From: Solirubrobacterales bacterium
GTDB lineage: Bacteria > Actinomycetota > Thermoleophilia > Solirubrobacterales > 70-9
Reading direction: 5' to 3'
DNA length: 64,000 bases
Assembly (NCBI GenBank): GCA_036381235.1
Contig: DASVDE010000014.1
Coordinates: 35,306 to 99,305, forward strand
The number at the start of each line of letters is the position of its first letter. The stretch's first letter is position 1. Under the pieces are notes generated by a model, which saw only the letters and a list, made by a program, of their open reading frames with translations, was not told the DNA's origin and did not search any database. Positions 57,112 to 64,000 of this stretch are shown here, one piece after another. The position numbers and the translations under genes are program-made.

Positions 57112-57888
57112 ATCGGCGTTTTCAGCAACCTCGAAGCTCGGATCGAAGGCCTCGTCGAGGGTGTCTTCAGTCGTGCCTTCAGCTCTGAGGTGCAGCCGGT
57201 CGAGCTGGCCCGGAAGCTGGCCAAGGAGATGGATGCGCACAAGACCGCCTCCGTAGCCCGCGTCTATGTGCCGAACGAGTACACGGTGTTCCTCTCGACC
57301 AGGGACCGCTCGAAGTTGGAGGGTTATGAGCGTTCTCTGGAACAGGAGCTGTCCGGGTATCTGCTCGAGCATGCGCGCAGACGCAGCTACGACCTGCTGA
57401 CCCGCCCGGCCGTCGAGTTCAAGACCGACGAGCGACTGCGCCTGGGGGAGTTCGGGATCCAGACGCGGTTGGTGAAGCCGCCGGTCCACGAGGGGGAGCG
57501 GCCGCGCCAGGGCGAGGAGGGCCACACGATGGTCTACTCGGCCGTTCGCGAGCGCGACTCCGACCGACCAAAGCGCCCCGAGCAGGCAGTCGGGGCGCTT
57601 GTCTCCACCCGCGCTGTCGTCACCCTCGACGATCGTCGCTACGTCTTGGAGGGCCCGCGGGCCACGATCGGCCGCTCGAAGGATGCGGAGTGCGTGTTGC
57701 GCGATCCGAACGTGAGCCGCCGCCACGCCGAGCTGCGACGCGGGGCCAACGGCGACTGGACGATCGCCGACCTCGGCTCCACCAACGGGGTGAAGGTGAA
57801 CGGCCGGCGGGTGGCCTCGACGCGGCTCAGCCCCGGCGATGAGGTGACTGTCGGGACCACGACCTTCAGGTTCGACATCGAGTCATGA
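57112..57888 (+). CDS. fhaA: FhaA-like protein (DUF3662 N-domain plus C-terminal FHA domain), apparent ATC initiation codon
   Basis: The FHA domain is IGRS.....VL.D..VSRRHAEL.......I.DLGSTNGV.VNG. The conserved N-terminal segment (I/M)GVFSNLEARIEGLVEGVFSRAFSSEVQPVELA lies upstream of the first GTG (57190). AAAGGAG at 57098-57104 with a 7-nt spacer precedes ATC 57112. Confidence 0.8.
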   Translation: MGVFSNLEARIEGLVEGVFSRAFSSEVQPVELARKLAKEMDAHKTASVARVYVPNEYTVFLSTRDRSKLEGYERSLEQELSGYLLEHARRRSYDLLTRPAVEFKTDERLRLGEFGIQTRLVKPPVHEGERPRQGEEGHTMVYSAVRERDSDRPKRPEQAVGALVSTRAVVTLDDRRYVLEGPRATIGRSKDAECVLRDPNVSRRHAELRRGANGDWTIADLGSTNGVKVNGRRVASTRLSPGDEVTVGTTTFRFDIES

Positions 57889-57917
57889 GCGTGGAGCGAG
57901 CAAGCGTCGCAATTTGG

Positions 57918-57947
57918 TGTTTCGCGCAGCGAGCGAAGCGCGAAACA
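57918..57947 (+). promoter_or_regulatory. 10-bp perfect inverted repeat in the fhaA-fhaB spacer (hairpin, weak terminator or attenuator)
   Basis: TGTTTCGCGC-agcgagcgaa-GCGCGAAACA followed by TTT. Confidence 0.4.
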
Positions 57948-57974
57948 TTTACTGCCCAGTAGCGTGCGGATCGC

Positions 57975-58445
57975 GTGGACTACGACCCCATTTCAGTGGC
58001 TCTCAAGTTCGGCTTCCTGGCCGTCCTCTACCTGTTCCTGCTCTTCATCGCCCGCAGCGCGCTGAAGGACCTGCGCCGGACCGTCACCCCCGCCCCCGAT
58101 GCGACCGGCTTCCACCCGACGCCGGCATTCGGCGCCGGGTCGGGCGACGGCGATTCCTGGTTGATCGCCGAGCGCGGCGGCGGCCTGCAGCCCGGCGAGC
58201 GGTTCGATCTGATCGGTGGCCTCTCGATCGGGCGCTCCGGCGAGTCCGACGTGCGGATCGACGATCGCTACGCCTCCGGTCTGCACGCGAGGATCTTCGC
58301 CCGTGAGGGGCGCACCTACATCGAGGATATGAACTCCACCAACGGCACCCTGCTCAACGACGCCGAGCTGAAGGGGGAGGCGGAGCTGATCGACGGCGAC
58401 GTGGTGAGGATCGGCGACACCGAGTTCAGGTTCGAGGTGGGCTAG
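57975..58445 (+). CDS. fhaB: FhaB/FipA-like membrane-anchored FHA-domain protein
   Basis: 156 aa with an N-terminal TM helix (ALKFGFLAVLYLFLLFIA) and a C-terminal FHA domain (IGRS..SDV.IDD.Y.S..HA.I......Y.ED..STNGT.LN). Confidence 0.85.
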   Translation: MDYDPISVALKFGFLAVLYLFLLFIARSALKDLRRTVTPAPDATGFHPTPAFGAGSGDGDSWLIAERGGGLQPGERFDLIGGLSIGRSGESDVRIDDRYASGLHARIFAREGRTYIEDMNSTNGTLLNDAELKGEAELIDGDVVRIGDTEFRFEVG

Positions 58446-59624
58446 ATGCTGCGCGTCGACGACCAGGCCTTTCAGACCGACACCGGCCGCCAGCGGAATG
58501 CCAACGAGGACTCTTACTTCGCGCGCTCTCCGATCTTCGTCGTCGCCGATGGGATGGGGGGCGCGCAGGCAGGTGAGGTCGCTTCGAAGACAGCGGCCGA
58601 GGCGTTCGACCGCGACCTGCCGGCCGGCTCGCCGGAGCGCACCCTGCGGGAGACGATCGAGGCGGCAAACAGGCAGATCAACGAGCGCGCCCATTCCGAT
58701 CCTTCGCTGGCCGGGATGGGGACGACGATCACAGCGGCGATCGTCGACGCGCAGGGCGAAGAGGTTGCGATCGGCCACGTCGGCGACAGCCGCGCCTACC
58801 GCCTGCGCGGCGGGAAGCTGGAGCGCCTGACGCGCGATCACTCGCTGGTCGAGGAGATGAGGCGCAAGGGCCAGCTGACCGATGCCCAGGCCGAAGATCA
58901 TCCGCAGCGCTCGATCATCACGCGGGCCTTGGGCCCCGAGCCCGAGGTCGACGTCGACGTGCAGACGGTTCCGGCGTCGCCAGGCGATGTCTTCCTGCTG
59001 TGCTCGGACGGGCTGACCACGATGATCGCCGATGACCGGATCGGCCGCATGCTCGCCGGTGCCACCTCGATGCAGGCGGCGGTGCGAGCGCTGATCGACG
59101 AGGCAAACCGCGCCGGAGGCCGCGACAACATCACGGCGCTCGCCTTTCGGCTGGAGGACTCCGAGGCACCGGCGCGGGCGCCGGAGGGGGCGACGCTGAT
59201 CGGGGACTCCGCCGAGGAGGCGGGACTGACCGCGACCGAGGTCCGCCGCCGCGCCGCCGCCGAAGCCGCACGCAAGCGGCGGGAGGAACAGGCAGCGAAA
59301 CCGACTCGGCGGGGATTGAAGCGCGCGGCGAAGGCACTCGCCGCGCTGGCTGTCCTGGCGGCCATCGCCTTCGGCGCTTGGTACGGCAACCGCCAGATCT
59401 GGTTCCTGGGCACCGACGAAGGCGGCCGGGTGGCGCTCTACCGCGGTCTGCCCTATGAGCTTCCCTTCGGCGCAAAGCTCTACAGCGAGCGTTACGCAAG
59501 CCCGATCCAGACGAATTCCCTGCCTCCTAAGCGACGCGATTCGGTCACCGGTCACGACCTGCGCTCCCGCAGTGACGCTGTCTCGCTGATCGAGGACATC
59601 CAGACGAGTCAGGGAGTTCCTTGA
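58446..59624 (+). CDS. pstP: PP2C-family Ser/Thr phosphatase (PstP-like) with a C-terminal TM segment
   Basis: 392 aa with NEDS, VADGMGG, GDSR.Y, LCSDGL and DNIT, then a TM helix ALAALAVLAAIAFGAWY and an extracytoplasmic tail. Confidence 0.9.
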   Translation: MLRVDDQAFQTDTGRQRNANEDSYFARSPIFVVADGMGGAQAGEVASKTAAEAFDRDLPAGSPERTLRETIEAANRQINERAHSDPSLAGMGTTITAAIVDAQGEEVAIGHVGDSRAYRLRGGKLERLTRDHSLVEEMRRKGQLTDAQAEDHPQRSIITRALGPEPEVDVDVQTVPASPGDVFLLCSDGLTTMIADDRIGRMLAGATSMQAAVRALIDEANRAGGRDNITALAFRLEDSEAPARAPEGATLIGDSAEEAGLTATEVRRRAAAEAARKRREEQAAKPTRRGLKRAAKALAALAVLAAIAFGAWYGNRQIWFLGTDEGGRVALYRGLPYELPFGAKLYSERYASPIQTNSLPPKRRDSVTGHDLRSRSDAVSLIEDIQTSQGVP

Positions 59625-60958
59625 GGTCAGCGGCGCGCAACCGGGAGCTGGTCGCACTGGTTCCCGTCGCCCTGCTCCTCACCGCCGGCTTCGCCGCGGT
59701 CTTCGCGCAGGAGAGCACGCGGCTGGACAACCTCAGCCTGATCTACGGCGCTTACTTCCTGGCGATCTGCCTCGCCGCCCACATCTACCTGCGGATGCGG
59801 CTTCCCGACGCCGATCCTTACCTCTTCCCGCTGGTCGCGCTGCTGACCGCCTTCGGGCTGGTGATGGTCTACCGGATCGACGCCGACCTGGCCCGCGATC
59901 AGGCCAACTGGTTCGTGCTGGGTCTAGTCCTCTTTGCCCTGACGATCCACTTCCTGCGCGATTACGACGTTCTGGAGCGCTACCGGTACACGATCGCCGC
60001 AGTCGGCATCCTGCTGCTGCTGGCGCCGCGACTGCCGGGGATCGGCCAGCAGGTCAACGGCGCCTTTCTGGGGGTAAAGATCGGCCCGTTGCAGTTCCAG
60101 CCGGCCGAGTTCGCGAAGATCTGCCTGGTCGTATTCCTCGCCAGCTACCTGCGCGAGCACCGCGAGGTCCTGATCGTCGGCGCGCGGCGTGTGCTCGGTG
60201 TGACGCTGCCGCCGCTCAAGCACTTCGGCCCGATGCTGGTCGTCTGGGGCGCATCGATGTTCATGCTCGTCTTCATCCGCGACCTCGGCAGCTCGCTGAT
60301 GTTCTACGCGGCATTCCTGGCGCTGCTCTACGTGGCGACAGGGCGCTTTTCTTTCGTCGCGATCGGGATGGCGATGTTCCTGCTCGGCGCCTGGTTCTTT
60401 GCCTCGACCGTCCCGCATGTACACGACCGGGTCGAGATCTGGCTCGATCCCTATCGGGACCCGGCCAACACCGGGTACCAGATCCTCAACTCGATCTTCG
60501 CCCAGGCCGATGGCGGATTGTTCGGCCAGGGCTTCGGTCAAGCGCTGATCACGATTCCCGGCACCGACCGGGCGCTGTTGCCGGCGGCGCAGACCGACAC
60601 GATCTACTCGCTGATCGTCAACGAGCTGGGCCTGTTCGGAGGCTGCGCCGTCGTCCTCATCTACCTACTGATCGCCGCGCGGGGCTTCAAGATCGCGCTG
60701 CTCGCCGACGACGGCTTCTCGAAGCTGTTGGCCACCGGGCTGACCGCCGTATTCGCGATTCAGGCCTTCGTCATCATCGGCGGGGTGACCCGGGTGATCC
60801 CGCTCACCGGCGTCACGCTTCCGTTCATCAGCTACGGCGGCAGCTCGATCGTCGCCAACTTCGTGCTGCTGGCGTTGCTGCTCCTGATCTCCGACCGGGC
60901 GCGGCGTGAGGCCGAAGCCCCTGTACCGGGCACCGTTGCCGCTCTGGGGGAGTCGTGA
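59621..60958 (+). CDS. rodA: SEDS-family peptidoglycan polymerase (RodA/FtsW)
   Basis: 445 aa. The TTG start overlaps the pstP stop. It has 10 TM helices, QPAEFAKI, and GVTLPFISYGGSS. Confidence 0.9.
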   Translation: MRSAARNRELVALVPVALLLTAGFAAVFAQESTRLDNLSLIYGAYFLAICLAAHIYLRMRLPDADPYLFPLVALLTAFGLVMVYRIDADLARDQANWFVLGLVLFALTIHFLRDYDVLERYRYTIAAVGILLLLAPRLPGIGQQVNGAFLGVKIGPLQFQPAEFAKICLVVFLASYLREHREVLIVGARRVLGVTLPPLKHFGPMLVVWGASMFMLVFIRDLGSSLMFYAAFLALLYVATGRFSFVAIGMAMFLLGAWFFASTVPHVHDRVEIWLDPYRDPANTGYQILNSIFAQADGGLFGQGFGQALITIPGTDRALLPAAQTDTIYSLIVNELGLFGGCAVVLIYLLIAARGFKIALLADDGFSKLLATGLTAVFAIQAFVIIGGVTRVIPLTGVTLPFISYGGSSIVANFVLLALLLLISDRARREAEAPVPGTVAALGES

Positions 60959-62415
60959 ACCGTCAGATAGTCAAGCTGTTCGCCTTCGTCGTCGTCCTCT
61001 TCGCGGTCCTGGTCGGATTCACTTCGTACTGGGCGGTGTTCGACGCGCAGGCGCTGAAGGAGAAGACGGCCAACAAGCGGCCGTTATTCGAACAGCAGCG
61101 AGTCCGCCGCGGGCGGATCCTCGCCGACGACGGGACGGTGATCGCCCGCTCGGTGGCGAAGGGCAGCGGCGACGCGCTGCGCTACGTGCGCCGCTACCCG
61201 GAGGGCTCGCTCTACGGCCACCCGATCGGCTACAGCTTCGTGCGCGAGGGCGACAGCGAGTTCGAGAAGTTTCACAACGACGAGCTGGTCGGCGAGGAGT
61301 CGGAGTTCACATCGATCCTCGACGAGCTGCGCGGGCGCCGACAGGAAGGCAACGACATCGTCACCAACCTCGATCCGGCGGCGCAGCAGCTGGCGCTCGA
61401 CGAGTTGGAGGCACAGGGCTTCGGCGCAGTGGTGGCGCTCGAGCCGAAGACGGGAAGGGTGCGGGTGCTGGCGTCCAACCCGCCATATGACCCGAACCGG
61501 ATCCCTTACGACCTCTCCGACCTCAACGTCGATCCGACCTCCCCGCTGCTGGACCGCGCAACCCAGGGTCAGTACCCGCCCGGCTCGACCTTCAAGGTGG
61601 TGACGGCGGCGGCGGGGCTCGACAGCGGCACGATCACGCCGGAGACGCCAATCGACGCGCCGGGGACGTTGGACGTCCAGGGTCGGCCGCTGAGCAACGA
61701 CTTCAACCTGGACTTCTTCGGCGCCACCCTCGATACCGCGCTGACCAACTCGGTCAACACCTGGTTCGCCCAGCTCGGCCAGCAGGTCGGCGAGGAGACG
61801 ATGTTCAAGTACATGGACCGCTTCGGCTTCGGCTCGACGCCTCCGATCGACCTCCCCGACAGCCAGGTCTACAAGAGCGGCCTGTTCGAGGACCGCGACC
61901 TGCTCGGACCCGGCGACCCGGTCGACCTCGCCCGCCTTGCGATCGGCCAGGAGCGGCTGGCGGTGACCCCGCTGCAGATGGCGATGGTCGCTTCGGCTGT
62001 CGCCAACGGCGGGAAGCTGATGAAGCCGCAGATCTGGAGCCGGGTGGTGGACCCCGACGGGCGCGTGACCAAGCGCCTCGACCCCTCCGAGTACAGCGAG
62101 CCGATCAGCGAGGAGACTGCGACCGAGCTGAACGCGGCCATGCAGGACGTGGTCAACAGCGGCACCGGCACCAACGCGGCAATCCCCGGCGTCGCCGTCG
62201 CCGGCAAGACCGGAACCGCCGAGACGCCCTTCAACGAGGACTGTGGAGGCGGCAGCGACGAGAACCAGGCATGGTTCATTGGCTTCGCGCCGGCCGATGA
62301 CCCGCAGATCGCGATCGCGGCGACCGTGGAGTGCACGACCGGATTCGGCGGCGATGTGGCGGCGCCGATCTTTCGCGACGTCGCGGAGGCGCTCTTGAAT
62401 GGAGCTGAACAGTGA
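60955..62415 (+). CDS. pbpA: Class B penicillin-binding protein (PbpA-like transpeptidase)
   Basis: 486 aa with a GTGA overlap with rodA. Catalytic motifs STFK, SVN and KTGT are present. Confidence 0.9.
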   Translation: MNRQIVKLFAFVVVLFAVLVGFTSYWAVFDAQALKEKTANKRPLFEQQRVRRGRILADDGTVIARSVAKGSGDALRYVRRYPEGSLYGHPIGYSFVREGDSEFEKFHNDELVGEESEFTSILDELRGRRQEGNDIVTNLDPAAQQLALDELEAQGFGAVVALEPKTGRVRVLASNPPYDPNRIPYDLSDLNVDPTSPLLDRATQGQYPPGSTFKVVTAAAGLDSGTITPETPIDAPGTLDVQGRPLSNDFNLDFFGATLDTALTNSVNTWFAQLGQQVGEETMFKYMDRFGFGSTPPIDLPDSQVYKSGLFEDRDLLGPGDPVDLARLAIGQERLAVTPLQMAMVASAVANGGKLMKPQIWSRVVDPDGRVTKRLDPSEYSEPISEETATELNAAMQDVVNSGTGTNAAIPGVAVAGKTGTAETPFNEDCGGGSDENQAWFIGFAPADDPQIAIAATVECTTGFGGDVAAPIFRDVAEALLNGAEQ

Positions 62416-62433
62416 GACGAGGAGGGGTGGGGA

Positions 62434-64000
62434 TTGGCTGAGGTGAGCGAAGGCAGCGTCGTCGACGGGCGCTACCGGGTGCTGCAGAGGCTCGGATCGG
62501 GCGGCATGGCGGACGTCTGGCTGGCCGAGGACACGCACCTTCAGCGGCGCGTTGCGCTGAAGGTTCTGCACAGCCGCTTCGTCCAGGATCGCGAGTTCGT
62601 CGAGCGCTTTCGCCGCGAGGCCGAGCATGCGGCGGGCCTCCAGCACCCGAACGTCGTCGCCGTCTTCGACCGCGGCGAGTTCGAAGGCACGTACTACATC
62701 GCGATGCAGTACGTGGAGGGCAACTCGCTGAAGGCGCTGATCGACGCCGGGCTGGCGCCCGAGCAGGCGGTTCATCTCGTCAGGCAGGTGCTGGAGGCGG
62801 CGCGCTTCGCCCACCGGCACGGGGTCGTCCACCGTGACCTGAAGCCCCAGAACGTGATCGTCGATCCCGAGGGCAAGGCGGTCGTCACCGACTTCGGCAT
62901 CGCCCGCGCCGGCGCTTCGGAGATAACCCAGGCGGGTTCGGTGATGGGCACCCCCCACTACCTCTCCCCCGAGCAGGCGCAGGGGATGGACGTGACGCCG
63001 GTTTCCGATCTCTACTCGATCGGGGTGATCCTCTACGAGGCGCTGACCGGGCGGGTTCCGTTCGAGGCCGAGAGCGCGGTGGCGATCGCGATGAAGCAGG
63101 TCTCTCAAACCCCCCAGAGGCCCAGCTCGATCGATCCGCAGGTCTCTCCCGCGCTCGACGCGGTCGTGATGCGGGCCTTGGAGAAGGACCCAGGCCAGCG
63201 CTTTCAGAGCGCCGACGCCTTCATCGCCGCGCTCGACGCGGCGATGAAGGAGCCAGACGCACCGGGCGGGGACACGGCCGCCTTCGCGCCGCTTCCCCCG
63301 GTCGTGGCCGGGGAGGCAATGGCGGAAGAGGAACCCGAGGAAGAGGCATCCCGTCGCTGGTGGTTGGCTCTGATCGCCGCCGCCGTGTTGATCGGAGCCC
63401 TGCTTGGCCTCGCGCTGACCCGTGACACGACCACCGAGGTCCCCGAAGTGACCGGCAACCAACTGAACGTGGCGATCTCGTTGCTCCAGCAGGATGGGTT
63501 CGAAATCGGCGACGTCAACCGGGTCGAGCGCGACGCGGCGGCCAATACCGTCCTCGAGCAGGACCCCTCGGCCTCGCCGCCCGGCGAGGAGGCGGAGCTG
63601 GATTGCTCCTTCCTCACCTTCTTCTGCTCGAAGCCGCCGGTCACCCTGACCGTGAGCTCCGGGCCGGGCACCGCCGAGGTTCCGCCGACGGCTGGCCTCG
63701 AGCGCGACGCCGCGATCTCGGAGCTGAAGGACGCCGGCTTCTCGCCCCAGCTGCAGACCGCGAACTCCGACACGGTCGACGCGGGTCTGGTGATCTACTC
63801 CGACCCCTCCGCCGGAACGACTCTTACGCGAGGATCTGCGGTCACCCTGTACGTCTCCCTCGGTCAGAAGCTGGCCAAAGTGCCGGTCCTGGTCGGCACT
63901 CAGCGATCGGTCGCCGTGCAGCAGATCCGCGGCCGCGGCCTGGTGCCCAGCGTCAGTGAGGAGGAGAGCTCCGCGCCGGCCGGCGAGGTGATCCGCCAGT
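62434..64000 (+). CDS. pknB: Ser/Thr protein kinase PknB with PASTA repeats (3' end outside the window)
   Basis: It is not in the ORF track because no stop falls in the window. My translation from TTG 62434 (GAGGAGG lies 9 nt upstream) or GTG 62443 reads ...YRVLQRLGSGGMADVW...ALKVL...HRDLKPQNV..DFGIA...GTPHYLSPEQ, then a TM helix WWLALIAAAVLIGALLGLAL, then PASTA-like repeats (VPEVTGNQL..A...L...GF). Confidence 0.9.
   Translation, partial: MAEVSEGSVVDGRYRVLQRLGSGGMADVWLAEDTHLQRRVALKVLHSRFVQDREFVERFRREAEHAAGLQHPNVVAVFDRGEFEGTYYIAMQYVEGNSLKALIDAGLAPEQAVHLVRQVLEAARFAHRHGVVHRDLKPQNVIVDPEGKAVVTDFGIARAGASEITQAGSVMGTPHYLSPEQAQGMDVTPVSDLYSIGVILYEALTGRVPFEAESAVAIAMKQVSQTPQRPSSIDPQVSPALDAVVMRALEKDPGQRFQSADAFIAALDAAMKEPDAPGGDTAAFAPLPPVVAGEAMAEEEPEEEASRRWWLALIAAAVLIGALLGLALTRDTTTEVPEVTGNQLNVAISLLQQDGFEIGDVNRVERDAAANTVLEQDPSASPPGEEAELDCSFLTFFCSKPPVTLTVSSGPGTAEVPPTAGLERDAAISELKDAGFSPQLQTANSDTVDAGLVIYSDPSAGTTLTRGSAVTLYVSLGQKLAKVPVLVGTQRSVAVQQIRGRGLVPSVSEEESSAPAGEVIRQ

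Noticed and set aside
61084-63462. A 792-aa minus-strand ORF across pbpA and pknB. Similar long antisense ORFs occur at 57993-59657, 44516-45808, 18220-19554 and 9362-10885.
   Set aside because: Each lies opposite a gene with clear catalytic motifs. Their products are Arg/Gly/Asp-rich with no recognisable domains and the wrong codon-position GC pattern.

Overview
High-GC (by eye about 70%) bacterial chromosome segment spanning the replication-origin neighbourhood. It has Actinobacteria-like synteny plus several Firmicute-like traits; a deep-branching actinobacterial lineage is my inference only. Coding density is very high and most genes lie in long, translationally coupled operons with ATGA/GTGA overlaps.

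Gene content, left to right:
- dnaB, with a coupled loader-like ORF at the window edge.
- A MazF/RHH toxin-antitoxin pair, then purA.
- An accessory-looking envelope locus: TetR, six tandem mce genes with no yrbE permease genes, an MMPL transporter with a heptad-repeat insertion, and three paralogous secreted four-Cys proteins. It ends at tRNA-Lys.
- tatA and tatC.
- A long respiratory/haem/menaquinone operon: hemB, fused ahbAB, hemL, orf143, qcrABC, menG and a polyprenyl synthase.
- An ABC-2 exporter and several envelope enzymes, then ddl and tRNA-Ile.
- parBA-rsmG-jag-yidC-yidD-rnpA-rpmH, then dnaA-dnaN-recF-dciA-gyrB-gyrA.
- An HNH nuclease and pheA.
- The fhaA-fhaB-pstP-rodA-pbpA-pknB cell-division signalling cluster.

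Most noteworthy observations:
1. A roughly 110-nt structured element is present twice (16067-16181 on + and 42218-42328 on -). The two copies share identical AT-rich inner blocks, but each has its own complementary outer stem.
2. The mce/MMPL/paralog locus.
3. fhaA (ATC) and hemL (ATT or CTG) appear to start at codons other than ATG/GTG/TTG, each behind a strong Shine-Dalgarno.
4. A DnaC/DnaI-like ORF coupled to dnaB sits in the same window as a DciA-like gene.
5. The dnaA-dnaN spacer holds a very compact cluster of DnaA-box-like motifs.

All calls come from reading the sequence and the ORF translations. No database searches were run.
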